Source: Octopus sinensis (Eukaryota). Taken from it: 64,000 bases of DNA. Shown piece after piece: positions 10,451 through 22,949 of this stretch. The notes under the pieces were generated by a model that saw nothing but the letters and a program-made list of their open reading frames with translations, was not told where the DNA came from and searched no databases. The translations under genes were made by a program, and so were the position numbers. The DNA lies in NCBI RefSeq assembly GCF_006345805.1, contig NC_042999.1, forward strand, positions 122,326,001 to 122,390,000, given 5' to 3'. Numbering within the stretch: position 1 is the first letter of the stretch; every line of letters begins with the position of its first letter.

Positions 10451-11444
10451 TGGCTTCACATTTTACAAGTTGAGGAGTCTTTTCTCTCCTATTTACAAGT
10501 TGAGGAGTCTTTTCTCTCCTAAAGTGGCTCTATAATTGACAGAAAAGAAAAGTGAGTGATAATGATTCCAAGTGGAGGGATGAGAGGGACTAAAATAAGA
10601 AAAGAGAGTGAGGTAGTATGGCAGTGAACCGGGGAAAGGGTAGGAATTAGTGTTATTAAGACAAGGAGAAACATAGATGAAATGTAATAGGGTGGGTTAT
10701 GTGTGATGGAGTTCAGGGCTACCCAACATTATAAGAGCAAGTATGAACAGAAAGTGTAATGGAAAGAGGAGAGGAAGAGGGCAATAGATGAGAGTAGAGG
10801 GGGATCCTGAGAGAGTCACTGAAGGAAAGAGAAGGGTAGAGGGTTGTGGTAGTAGGCCAGCAGAGGAAAAAAATCAAGAGTTTTGAGTGGGTAGAGAAAC
10901 TGTTGGTAGTGGGCAGTGAGAGAAAAGAAGGAAGTATTTGAGGGGCAGTGGATGAGTGCATTGAGAGTTGTGAGGGAAGGAGACACTGTATGAGAAAGTT
11001 GATAAGAATAGCTGCTAAACTATAGAATAAAAAATTTTATATTTATATTGAATAATATATCTATTACTGAATTTTCTAAAAGTTAAATAAAATTATTTTA
11101 TAGCCTAAATTCTGTGATAAAGAGACTAAATTTACATTTTATATGTTTCAATTACAATTTTCTATTTATGAGAGAAAAACAATACCATTTTTTAAAAGAG
11201 GATATAATAGGACATCATAAAATATATTTTCAATCTAAATAATATATGTCATTCTTTCGAAATTAGAAAATGTTTCACATACACTTTCTCTCAAAAGAGT
11301 AAGGTTTTAGTTTGAACATGTTCATTTAAAGAAAATTGTCTAATAGTTTCAGGACAGATCATATATAAACAGAAGCATTTGATTTATTTCTCAGCACCTG
11401 AAGTGGGAGGTGAATATACTTGGAGAAAACTTAAATAGAAAACA

Positions 11445-11589
11445 TTATTTACATTATTTACATTTGATGGATATTTATCCTCATGTTGTTTGTTGTTAAC
11501 ACAATGTTTTGGCTGATATACCATCAGGTGTCTTGGGGAAATTTCGAACCTGGGTTCTCATTCCTAAGGTATTTTTCATTCTTCTTCTT

Positions 11590-11664
<75 letters not shown>

Positions 11665-11806
11665 ATATACCTTAGGAATGAGAACCCATGTTAAAAATTT
11701 CCCCAAGACACCTAATGAAGGCTGGAGGGTATATCAGCTGAAACATTGTGTTAACAACAAACAAGATAAGGAAACATATACGTCAAATGTAAATAATGTA
11801 AATAAT
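11445..11806. repeat. Fold-back of two family C 3' arms (11445-11575 and 11666-11806) around (TTC)n(TTA)n
   Basis: The reverse complement of the left arm aligns with the right arm over about 130-140 bp. Each arm carries a degenerate hammerhead core. Confidence 0.9.
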
Positions 11807-13049
11807 TCCTCGTCTCTTAAATATAGATCTGTATTAAACAGAAAAGTACAGCAGTATATTCAGAATTCAATTTTTAATCTAATTTTGTTTAATGTTATAA
11901 GAACTTGAGATTTATGCAATCTCTTAAAATAACAAACCAAACTTCTTAGAATAGGATTTTACATAGCAATAATTTAAAATGTAACAGAAGCCATTTGAAT
12001 AGAAATAATGTAAGAATGAAATGTTCGTTTATGAATACTTTATTATTGATTTTACTTCTAAAATGTACTACATTTTTACTTTATTTGAAGGTTCCAAATC
12101 TTGGAAGCTGATACATCATAACTAAGAAATAATCCCTTTCACAATATTTAGAATATTTAAATCATATGTCCACTATTGTCAAAATACGCTGAACAGATTC
12201 AATATAGCATTGTAAAAGCACTCCTCTCTAAATATGGAACACTTAGAAAAGAAATTGGCTTGAGCCCAAGCAAAATATAGACAGAACTGATGTTAAGAGT
12301 ATTAAATTGTCTATTCTTGATAAATATGTGAAACAGAGACCAACATTAAGGATTGCAATCTAAGAGAAATATTACCGTCTTATATTTGATATTTTGATTG
12401 ATAATGATATTTGTTTTCAGCAGAAAGCTTAAGTAAATACTAATTCACAGCCATTCTCATATAATTATTTTTGTTTTTAATCATTGTCATAAAGAAAACT
12501 TAATTAAATTGCTCTAAGGAAATAGCTTCAAAGAAGTATTTTAAAAGGTGCATAATTGTATTAATTCACATAAAGTTTTATGTTCTTTTTATAAGTAAAA
12601 TATTTTTAAAGAATTGTATTTTTCATTTCATTTCATCTAGTTTCAGCTCACGAGCTGTGGCCATGCTGGGGCACTGTCATTATTGTAAATTTATTACACT
12701 ATTATTTATGCATGTATGTGTATGTATGAATTATGTATGTGCATGTGTATGTGTTTGTGTGTGTAAGTGTGTGTGCATGTTTGTAAACATGTATGTATCT
12801 ACATACATTAATATTGAAGAAATTATCAAATCACCATAAGTTGCTGAGTACCTGACTGCCAGAAACATATTGCACGGAGACTGGTTATTGATGGCAGATA
12901 TATAATTTCTGTGGAGTGCAAGTGTATATTTATGTTTTTGTTTTAGCAAATTAATCTCTCTACATATGATATTTTTAGTTTTAATTGAGCACTCTCTAAG
13001 TTGGCCTTACATGAAAGAATAATTATCAGTTTGACTACAAGTATTCACA

Positions 13050-13420
13050 TGCACTGGGAATTATCACTGAGATGCTTAAAACATCAGGAGTAGGATATAG
13101 AGCAGGAGTCACCCATATAGTTAATCAGGCTATACAAGAAGTCAGTGCCAAATTTAAATTACTGCACCAGGTCATGAAAGTTATAGAGATATTTATGGTC
13201 CACTTAATTAGGAGAAAAAATAAAGCTAGATGAAATGCAGTTTGGTTTTGTCCTGGGAAGAAGAACTACTGTTGCTATCTTCTAAGACAGTTTTAAAATT
13301 ATTTAGCTAAGAATAAACCATTGTATTTGGCATTTGTTGACCTGGGGAAAACCTTTGACAAAGTCCCTTGCTCTGTGATCTGGTGGTCTTTAAGGAAGCT
13401 GTAGAAGCCATATACATGGC
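13050..13420 (+). mobile_element. RTE-clade LINE reverse transcriptase fragment, decayed
   Basis: GIITEMLKTSG..., IKLLHQVMKVIE, LDEMQFGFVLGRRTT.AIF, YLAKNKPLYLAFVDLGKTFDKVP..VIWWSLRKL. Confidence 0.8.
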
Positions 13421-14968
13421 ACAGAATTTTAAATTTGTGTGCTCCACAACTTTTGTATAACTTATTCATTGATGTAAAATTATTAAATTGTTAATTATGA
13501 GAGTTAGATAAGCAATCTGGATTGAACAACAGGTCGTATTGTAATGGAAAAGCAAGTGGGTTAACTGGTTAATGAAACAGTTTGAAGAGGTGATCATTAT
13601 TTTTGTGAATGATATTGACATAATACCCCTGGCTACAGCATATATGAGAGTTATAATAACTCTGTAATTGCTCATGGTTAAAGACATTTACGAATTATAA
13701 GACGGTCTTTTGATCTTTTGATGCTACTATAGCTATATTGAGAACATAGGCTTTTTTCAAAGTAAGTAAATGGGATTTTTGTTAGAACTTCTTAGCTTCT
13801 TAGAAGCAGTCTGCATAGGGATTGAGGTTTTTATTTGTAGAATGGTAAGAATGCAATTCTGTTTTCTGGAGATGAGCAATATATAGACTTTGCTATCAGT
13901 CCTATTGTAAAATGTATTGAGTTAGGATTATTAATGCAATATATGTTGGATTGTTCAAAGATATTGAGATTACAAATGGATTATGCTTGCATTTGGGAGA
14001 GGAATGAAAGTGGTGTCAACAGCATAATGGCATACTTGATTGGAAATGATAAATCTTTCTTCTGCAACATAGGATACACATCAAAGATTAAGCTCCAGTA
14101 ACTGTGATCAGAAATGAAATGGCTCTACTGCAAACTGTTAAACATATTGGAAAGTAGTGATTATTCATCATAGAAGAAATTCTATGATCGTCAGTAAGTT
14201 ATATTTGAAAATATTGAATGGTGCATATTTGAGATCAGAACAATAATTTGTTCATTTGTAAATAATTTATAACACTGAAATGTTATTTGAAAATTTGAAT
14301 AATATGTAAAATATATTAGAACACAAATTTGTTTTATAGCTCAGCATGTTATTATAAAATAATATAGGTGCTACCTAGCTACAGAATCTTCAGCCTTGAA
14401 ATACATTATTTTAAAGTTTGCATCATTTCTTGAAAATATTTTGAGTTTCATTAACTAATACATTACTTGATTAAAACCTTTGTTTGAAATTTGCATACAA
14501 TCAATATTTAAAAATCTTCAAAATCAAAACATATTAAAATTAAGCTATATATGTAGAATATTATCAGAAGTTATATACATAGGAATATTGTAAGAATTTG
14601 AAATCCATGAAAATATGTTTATTTGGTGAATAATATATATTCTTACCTTAGAATTACATTCTTATAAGCATAATTACTCTACAGCAATGGTATAGATTTT
14701 ATTCATGACTGAATTTTCTCAAAATCATTTGTAAATGTAAATTATGCTGTTTATATGGAGAAATTATGAAAACAATGTTTTTTGATATTTAAACATGTTT
14801 CAGACAATGCTAGGAATTGTTATTATACATATTCAACCGTTTCTTGCTAGGTGCATAATCTATATTTATTAGAGTATTTATATATATATATATATTATAT
14901 ATACATATACATATATATATATATACTATACATATATATATATACATAACATATATATATACATATAC

Positions 14969-15016
<48 letters not shown>

Positions 15017-15040
15017 TACATATACATATATATATAATAC

Positions 15041-15098
<58 letters not shown>

Positions 15099-15119
15099 CA
15101 TATATATATATATATGTAT

Positions 15120-15510
15120 CATCATCATCATCATCATCATCATCGTTTAACGTCCGTTCTCCATGCTAGCATGGGTTGGACGGTTCGACCGGGGTTCTGG
15201 GAAGCCAGAAGGCTGCACCAGGCTCCAGTCTAATCTGGCAATGTTTCTACAACTGGATGCCCTTCCTAATGCCAACCACTCCGTGAGTGTAGTGAGTGCT
15301 TTTTACGTGCCACCTGCACATGTGCCAGGCGAGGCTGGCAATGGCCACGGTCGGATTGGTGTATTTTATGTGCCACCGGCACGGAAGCCAGTCGAGGCGG
15401 TGCTGGCACCGGCCACGAGTCGGATAGTGCTTTTTACGTACCACCAGACCAGGGATCCTGGCTGGTTCAATTCGATTTCGATTTCGCTTGCCCCAACATG
15501 TCTTCACATA
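15120..15510 (-). mobile_element. 5'-truncated RTE-type LINE 3' end with (GAT)n tail
   Basis: (CAT)n-CGTTTAACGTCCG...CTGGATGCCCTTCCTAATGCCAACC with internal GTGCCACC repeats. Shared with copies at 22950, 34850, 36525 and 62545. Confidence 0.75.
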
Positions 15511-15553
15511 CATATATATATATATATAATATATATATGTATATATATAATAG

Positions 15554-15588
<35 letters not shown>

Positions 15589-15711
15589 CATATATATATA
15601 TATATATATGGTTATCAGTAACAATATAGGGTGAAATTAATTAATTTGGAATAATCATTAATTACACCAAGTAGATTTTGGTGAGGCAATTCGTTGCTAA
15701 ACCCTAATGCT

Positions 15712-15760
15712 TAGTATATATATATATATATATAATATACATATATACATATATATATAG

Positions 15761-15792
<32 letters not shown>

Positions 15793-15826
15793 GTATATAT
15801 ATACATATGGATATATATACATATGT

Positions 15827-15864
<38 letters not shown>

Positions 15865-16041
15865 GAATAGATATATGTATATATATATATATATCTATAT
15901 ATCTATATATATATACATATGTATATATATATATATATATATATCTATATATATATACATATATATAATACCTATTATATATATATATACTATGTATATA
16001 TATACTCTGTATATATATATATATGTATATATATATATGTA

Positions 16042-16089
<48 letters not shown>

Positions 16090-16415
16090 GTATATATATA
16101 CATATATTAATATATATATAATACATATGTATATATATATACATATATATATATATGATATATATATATATGTTATGTATATATATATATATGTATATGT
16201 ATATATATATATGTATATATGTAATATATATATGTATATGTATATATATATATGTATATATGTATATGCATATGTTATATATATATGTATATATGTATAT
16301 ATGTATGTATATATATGTATATATGTATATATGTCTATATATATATATATATATATATGTATATGTATATATGTATATATATATATATATGTATAGTATA
16401 TATGTATATATATAT

Positions 16416-16457
<42 letters not shown>
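15712..16457. repeat. Long imperfect (TA)n microsatellite
   Basis: Direct reading; source of the YI-repeat ORFs. Confidence 0.97.
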
Positions 16458-16460
<3 letters not shown>

Positions 16461-16617
16461 TCTAATAAATATAGATTATGCACCTAGCAAGAAACGGTTG
16501 AGAATGTATAATAATAATTCCTAGCATTGTCTGAAACATGTTTATATCAAAAACATTGTTTTCATATTTTCTCCATATAAACAGCATAATTTAACATTTG
16601 CAAATGATTTTGAGAAA

Positions 16618-16650
<33 letters not shown>

Positions 16651-16761
16651 CATATATATACATATATATAAAATATTATTACAGACAAAACCACTATTTT
16701 GCAAAACAAACAAGGAAAGACTTAATCAATACATAAAATTTTTAAAATAGTCAAAAAACCG

Positions 16762-16804
16762 CCACTACAATTGTTTCTTGTCTTGATCGACAATCTTCAG
16801 GTGG
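16762..16804 (-). ncRNA. Minimal type I hammerhead ribozyme with intact core (Penelope-like)
   Basis: Minus strand 5'-CCAC CUGAAGA UUGUC gaucaa GACAA GAAAC aauu GUA^ GUGG-3'. Helix I CCAC/GUGG, helix II UUGUC/GACAA, palindromic helix III ACAAUUGU, GUA cleavage triplet. Confidence 0.85.
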
Positions 16805-17224
16805 ACTTCCAATCTAAAATATCAATATTTTAAAATATAAAAATAATAATTTTAAATAATTAAAGTATGAATGAAAAAATATAAATATATAATCCATATA
16901 TAACCTGATATAATCCAATATAATCAATATATAAACACTATATAAACTAAATAAACCTATCAACAATTAAATATAAAATATAAAATATAAAATATAAACA
17001 AAACAAAAAAATAATAATAATATAATAATAAACTATATATACCCATACACATATACCTAATTATATATAACCATATCTAACTACATACACTAAATCACAC
17101 CCTATATATATATCCCTATACATACACCTAAAAACGTCTAGGCAACTATAAATAAAATAGCTAAATACTCAACACAATACTTATTCTACTCCCACACACA
17201 CACACATACAACCCACATTCACGC

Positions 17225-19030
17225 TCTAGAAAACGGACATCACTTAAAATTATGAACGGAGAAATGGAATAAATGGAATTAAAAATTATATTCACTTGGT
17301 AAAATGAACACTACTTAAAAATTATGAATGAAACAATGCAATAAAAAACAACAGACATCGCAAATAGACACAAATTACTACGAATTCCTTAACAAACCTA
17401 CCATGATAAACCAAAACTCATAAAAACATATAATGATAAAATCTCCCTTTACTAAACTCTATAACATACCTATATAGCAATCCCCTAACCTAAACATTCA
17501 CACACAAATACACACACGTAAACCACACACCCACGACATATACTAATACCCACACCACTTACACATACCTATACATACATAAACCTCAACATATACTCCA
17601 AAAACCCACTCAACCCCACACAGACAAATAAACACAAAAATTATGAATGGATTCTTTTATAAAACTACCATGATAAGCTAAAACTCACAAAAATAAATGA
17701 TAAAACCTCCCTTTACTAAACACTATAACATACTTATATAGCAATCCCTTTAACCTATACATTCACACACAAATACACACACGTAAACCACACACCCATA
17801 ACAAATACAAACACCCACCCCACTCACACACACCCACAAGTACATATAAGCCTCAACATATACACAAACAAAATTACTTTACCAAGGAACTTAACATATG
17901 TATAAAAGTATAACCACTCTGGAAACGAACATCTTTTAAAATAATGAATGGAGAAATGGAATAAATGGAATTAAAAATAATATTCACGTGGCAAAACGAA
18001 CACCACTCAAAATTATGAATGAAACAATGTAATAAAACAACCAACATCGAAAATAGACAAATTACCACGAATTCCCTAAAAAAAAAAAAAAAAAAAAAAA
18101 AAACCATGATAAACCAAAACTCTTAAAAACATATAACGATAAAATCTCCCTTTGCTAAACTCTATAACAAACCTATATAGCAATCCCCCTAACCTAAACA
18201 TTCACACACAAATACACACACGTAAACCACACACCCACGACATATACTAATACCCACACCACTTACACATACCTATACATACATATAAACCTCAACATAT
18301 ACTCCAAAAACCCACTCAACCCCACACAGACAAATAAACACAAAAATTATGAATGGATTCTTTTATAAAACTACCATGATAAGCTAAAACTCACAAAACA
18401 TAAAATGATAACCTCCCTTACTAAACACTATAACATACTTATATAGCAATCCCTTTAACCTACATTCACACACAAATACACACACGTAAACCACACACCC
18501 ATAACAAATACAAACACCCACCCCACTCACACACACCACAAGTACATATAAGCCTCAACATATACACCAAACAAATTACTTTACCAAGGAACTTAACATA
18601 TGTATAAAAAGTATAACCACTCTGGAAACGAACATCTTTTAAAATAATGAATGGAGAAATGGAATAAATGGAATTAAAAATAATATTCACGTGGCAAAAC
18701 GAACACCACTCAAAAATTATGAATGAAACAATGTAATAAAACAACCAACATCGAAAATAGACAAATTACCACGAATTCCCTAAAAAAAAAAAAAAAAAAA
18801 AAAAAAACCATGATAAACCAAAACTCTTAAAAACATATAACGATAAAATCTCCCTTTGCTAAACTCTATAACAAACCTATATAGCAATCCCCCTAACCTA
18901 AACATTCACACACAAAAAACACACACGTAAACCACAGACCCACGACTTATACACATACCTATACTAACTTATAAACCTCAATATACACCAAAAACCCACT
19001 CCCTCCCCACACAGACAAATTAACACATAC
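17225..19030. repeat. Higher-order tandem repeat: about 2.6 copies of a 700-bp unit containing two related subunits
   Basis: Anchor (G/A)GAAAC at about 17228, 17921 and 18624 (periods about 693 and 703). Subunit CCATGATAA...CACACACCC repeats about 266 bp apart. Poly(A) at about 18078-18103 and 18782-18807. Plus strand is strongly G-poor. Confidence 0.9.
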
Positions 19031-19200
19031 ATCCCAAAACCTAAATGACAAACACATATACACATTCACACACAAACACACACACACGCAAAACACACAC
19101 ACACAACATGATACATATACTCCCTCACATATACGCATATACATACTCACTAAATCGATATATACAACAATATTTACACACCCACACTCATACATATACA

Positions 19201-19266
<66 letters not shown>

Positions 19267-19284
19267 CATAATATATATACATAT

Positions 19285-19318
<34 letters not shown>

Positions 19319-19369
19319 CATATATATACATATATATATATATATATACATATAATATATATATACATA

Positions 19370-20445
19370 TATGCCAAATCCATGGCCGAGATACTGCAGA
19401 AACATACTGCTCTGTTTTCAGCAATCCTGATATGGCCGATCTGGGCTGTATCAGTGATGTCAACCCCAAACACTATATCGGACATAACGTTTAGTGCCCC
19501 TGATGTGTTAGCGGCGATAAACGAAATAAAACACAATTCAGCAGTAGGCCCCGATAGGTTCCCTGCTTGTGTCCTGAAGGTGTGTCGACACCAACTTGCA
19601 TCTCCCCTTGCTAATCTGTGGAGAAACTCACTGGATGCTGGCTATATTCCAAAAAACCTTCTGTCCCAGTCTGTTGTCCCAGTTTTCAAAAAGGGAAACA
19701 AGTCCCTTGCAGTGAATTACCATCCGATCTCACTCACCTCTCATATCATCAAGGTATTTGAGAGGGTGGTGAGATCTCGAATAACCCAATTTCTGGAAAG
19801 CAACAGACGGCTGATCTCCAACCTACATGGGTTCCGTAATGGAAGGGACTGCCTAACGCAGCTCCTGCATCACTTTGAGGACATTTTGAGAGCTTTGGGA
19901 GAGGGCTCCAACACCGATGTCATCTACCTTGATTTCAGTAAGGCCTTCGACAGGGTCGATCACAAGATCCTATTGAAAAAACTATCCAACATTGGTGTCT
20001 CTGGAAAGTTACTGAAGTGGATCAAGTGTTTCCTGACAGACAGATCTCAACATGTTGTAGTTGAAGGGGTAAAATCAAGCCCAGCCAAAGTCAGTAGTGG
20101 CGTTCTGCAAGGCACTGTGCTGGGCCCACTTCTTTTCATCATTTACATTAATGACATTAATGACATCATCAAGCACAGCAACATAAAAATCATTGCAGAT
20201 GACTCCAAGCTACAGAAGGTCATAAATGAGGCGAGTGACCGGACATGCCTTCAGTCAGATCTACTGGCTGTTATCCAATGGGCAGAAAAAAACAATATGC
20301 TGCTGAACGAGGATAAATTTGAGCTAATCCACTTTGGAAAAGAGGATGCCCTGAAACTCCCATACTCCCTTCCTTCAGGTGAAACTCTCGTGGCGTCCAA
20401 CAACATCAGAGATGGGAGTAATTGTGGACAAAACATAAGCTGGGC
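19370..20445 (+). mobile_element. CR1-group LINE reverse transcriptase (ORF2) fragment, 5'-truncated, running into the gap
   Basis: [87 protein letters not shown]. Frameshifts at the 5' end and at about 20411 (IRD-LGVIVD). Confidence 0.9.
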
Positions 20446-20545
20446 NNNNNNNNNNNNNNNNNNNNNNNNNNNNNNNNNNNNNNNNNNNNNNNNNNNNNNN
20501 NNNNNNNNNNNNNNNNNNNNNNNNNNNNNNNNNNNNNNNNNNNNN
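20446..20545. other. Assembly gap (100 N)
   Basis: Direct reading. Confidence 1.
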
Positions 20546-21481
20546 AGATTAAAAAGATTTTATGAATGACTCATTTCAATGATTCTTTCCAGCAATGGCT
20601 TTGCTTGTATACACGAAAGCAGCCACTATATGTATGTGTGTGTGTGTACATAAACACATATTACTGTTTGAGAAATGTGGCAAAATGATTCTTATACTCA
20701 ATGACATCATGACAGATCCTTCTGTGCTTTGAGTGACTAGTCGGACATAAAAATCTCTGCCTTGGAAAACAGTTAAGGTTTGGCTTTATGAAGAGCAACC
20801 AACTGTAAAATGCTATGTCAAATAAGTCCTCACTCATTCCATATTGAAAGCCTTATTAAATACGATGTTCATTTCCAATAGCATCCCTTGCAGCCATACA
20901 TTATTACAAAAAACACAGAAATATAATTGTAGCAGGCAAAATTCATTCAATGATATTGGTAGCATTACCATATGTGCATTTTTGCTTAGCTTCACTTCAT
21001 CAATAGGAAAGTGTTCACTGGCAACTATATTATATAAGAAAATCAGTGCTACTGTTTTCCTAAATCACTGATGGTTGATATTTGTCTTAGTATATGGTTG
21101 TCAGAGGATACTTACTACTGTTGATGAGTTTTCCTTTAAGTGTCATGATATGATTTCTAGATGTTTCATTTTATCATTTTTCTCTTTTAAGATGAATGCC
21201 TAAATCTAACAAAAAAATTACTTCTATCATATATACTGAGCATGATGTTTATTTAAACACTCTTTTTTTTGTCCTGTTTGAGAACTATTTGTATATTTCT
21301 GTAGATATAACTACACATATTGTCAAGTTTCTGAATATATTCCATGTCTGATTTGACTGAGTTGGAAATGAAGTCCATTTTATTTAACTAGTTAACTAGC
21401 AGAAACACTACCATCCAGATGATCTACTAGTGTGGATCATGCATGCTTGAACAAAACTGTTGTGATGTGCATAGCTGCCAT

Positions 21482-21522
<41 letters not shown>

Positions 21523-21565
21523 TTTGGTTAAAAAGTCAATGATGATGGTGTATGTATTTGTGTAT

Positions 21566-21868
21566 GGAAAAAGCTAGTAAATGTGTGCTAAGACAAAAAC
21601 AAACATAACATTATATATATATATATACAGCAGACAATAGATTGTGCATATATATAAGCAGGAAGCCTTAGGGCTATATACAAATGAAGAAAAAGAAATA
21701 ATAATTATACATACAGCACAAATACAAAAGAAAGAGCTTTGCAACTGCTGAATGGACTGAGTGGAGTTGTGCAAAGAAGAAATAGAGTAAGTCCTAGAGG
21801 ACAGAATAGACATAGCAGGATCTGAGGCCAGTGTGACCAGTCTGGCCAAAGGTAGAGCAAAAATGAAT

Positions 21869-21963
<95 letters not shown>

Positions 21964-22307
21964 TCTCTCAACACTCCTTCCATACTATGTGACCAGTGCC
22001 TGGAAAAGTGGTGTCATACATTTTTGCCTTACCTTTGACCAGACTGGTCATGCTGACCTCAGCTCCTGCTATGTCTGTTCTGTCCTCTAGAACTTACTTT
22101 ATTTCTGCATTGCACAACCCCACTCAGTTCGGTCAACAGCTGCAAAGCTCTTTCTGTTGCATTTATGGTATATTAATAATTATTATTTTTTCTTTGAATG
22201 CATATAGCCATAAGACTTTGTGCTGTTATATATGCCTAATTCGTTGTCTGTTGTATTTATATGTCTTGTTTGTTTCTGTCATAACACGCATTTGCTAGCT
22301 TTTTCCC
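21566..22307. mobile_element. Fold-back element with about 300-bp imperfect inverted arms (21566-21865 and 22019-22307) around a (CT)n spacer
   Basis: Termini GGAAAAAGCTAGTAAATG and CATTTGCTAGCTTTTTCC. The arms align throughout. No clear target duplication. Confidence 0.8.
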
Positions 22308-22632
22308 AATAGCTTAATAAAAGTATTGGTGCCTGCAAAATTGAGCAGTATTGAAGGTAATTGGCATGAAACTGCTATGATATTTTGCGTCATTGACTAA
22401 AAAGGAAAATTCAGCTGTGAATATTCCGTATATTGTATTGTTGTCTAATTTCCTGTCCATTAAGTTTTTGTCCACTTTCTCATTTACTCTGCTTTCATCT
22501 AACTTTTCTTCTTGTATTTTTGTTCAACCCTTGATACACCCATATAGCATAATGCACATCATTTGTGTGTGTATATATATGTATGTACATATATGTATGT
22601 ATGTATATGTATTTATATGTATATGCATATAG

Positions 22633-22885
22633 TTGTCTGTGCACACCTTTCAATGCAATGTATGCCAGAAGGTTTGTAAATCTAATGGAGGCCTCAAAAG
22701 ACATTTTAAGATCCACAAAGATCAGAACTTATCTGCAGCTTTTGGTGGCCCAAATCAGATATGCTGTCTATGTGGGTGTCTTTTTAAAACATTGTCTGAT
22801 TTCAAAAGCCACATCAGATGCTATGCTGGTTCTAAGGTGTAGGTACAGGAGGTGGTCAGATTCTGCATAAAAAGTTGACAAGCAC
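22633..22885 (+). mobile_element. Two C2H2-type zinc fingers, probably the ORF2 C-terminus of a 5'-truncated RTE/BovB-like LINE
   Basis: CNVCQKVCKSNGGLKRHFKIH is a canonical C-X2-C-X12-H-X3-H finger. The second finger CCLCGCLFKTLSDFKSHIRCY lacks its last His. No TGEKP linker. Flanked by microsatellites. Confidence 0.55.
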
Positions 22886-22923
<38 letters not shown>

Positions 22924-22949
22924 TACACACATACACACTCTCATATATA

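Larger units (their letters stand above)
14714..16618. repeat. About 162-bp inverted repeat (14714-14876 and 16458-16618) enclosing (TA)n-rich microsatellite blocks
   Basis: The arms are near-identical reverse complements (TTTTCTCAAAATCATTTG...ATTTATTAGAGTA). The interior is (TA)n tracts, an RTE tail and a 100-bp unique unit. Confidence 0.92.

Noticed and set aside
13440-14150. Possible decayed LINE endonuclease region on the minus strand
   Set aside because: Composition is suggestive, but no motif could be read with confidence.
17210-17400. HIHALENGHHL...SLGKMNTT resembling a PLE GIY-YIG C-terminus on the plus strand
   Set aside because: Multiple stops, not preserved in the other repeat copies, and opposite in orientation to the hammerhead.
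7657-19536. Numerous YI/IY-, HT- and CV-repeat ORFs (e.g. 15704-16483, 259 aa)
   Set aside because: Translations of (TA)n and (CA)n microsatellites, which lack stop codons in those frames.
21813-21852. CTGA-GGCCAG..CTGGCC-AAAG hairpin resembling a hammerhead
   Set aside because: Both arms lack the NGA of CUGANGA and the G of GAAA, so the core is absent rather than decayed.
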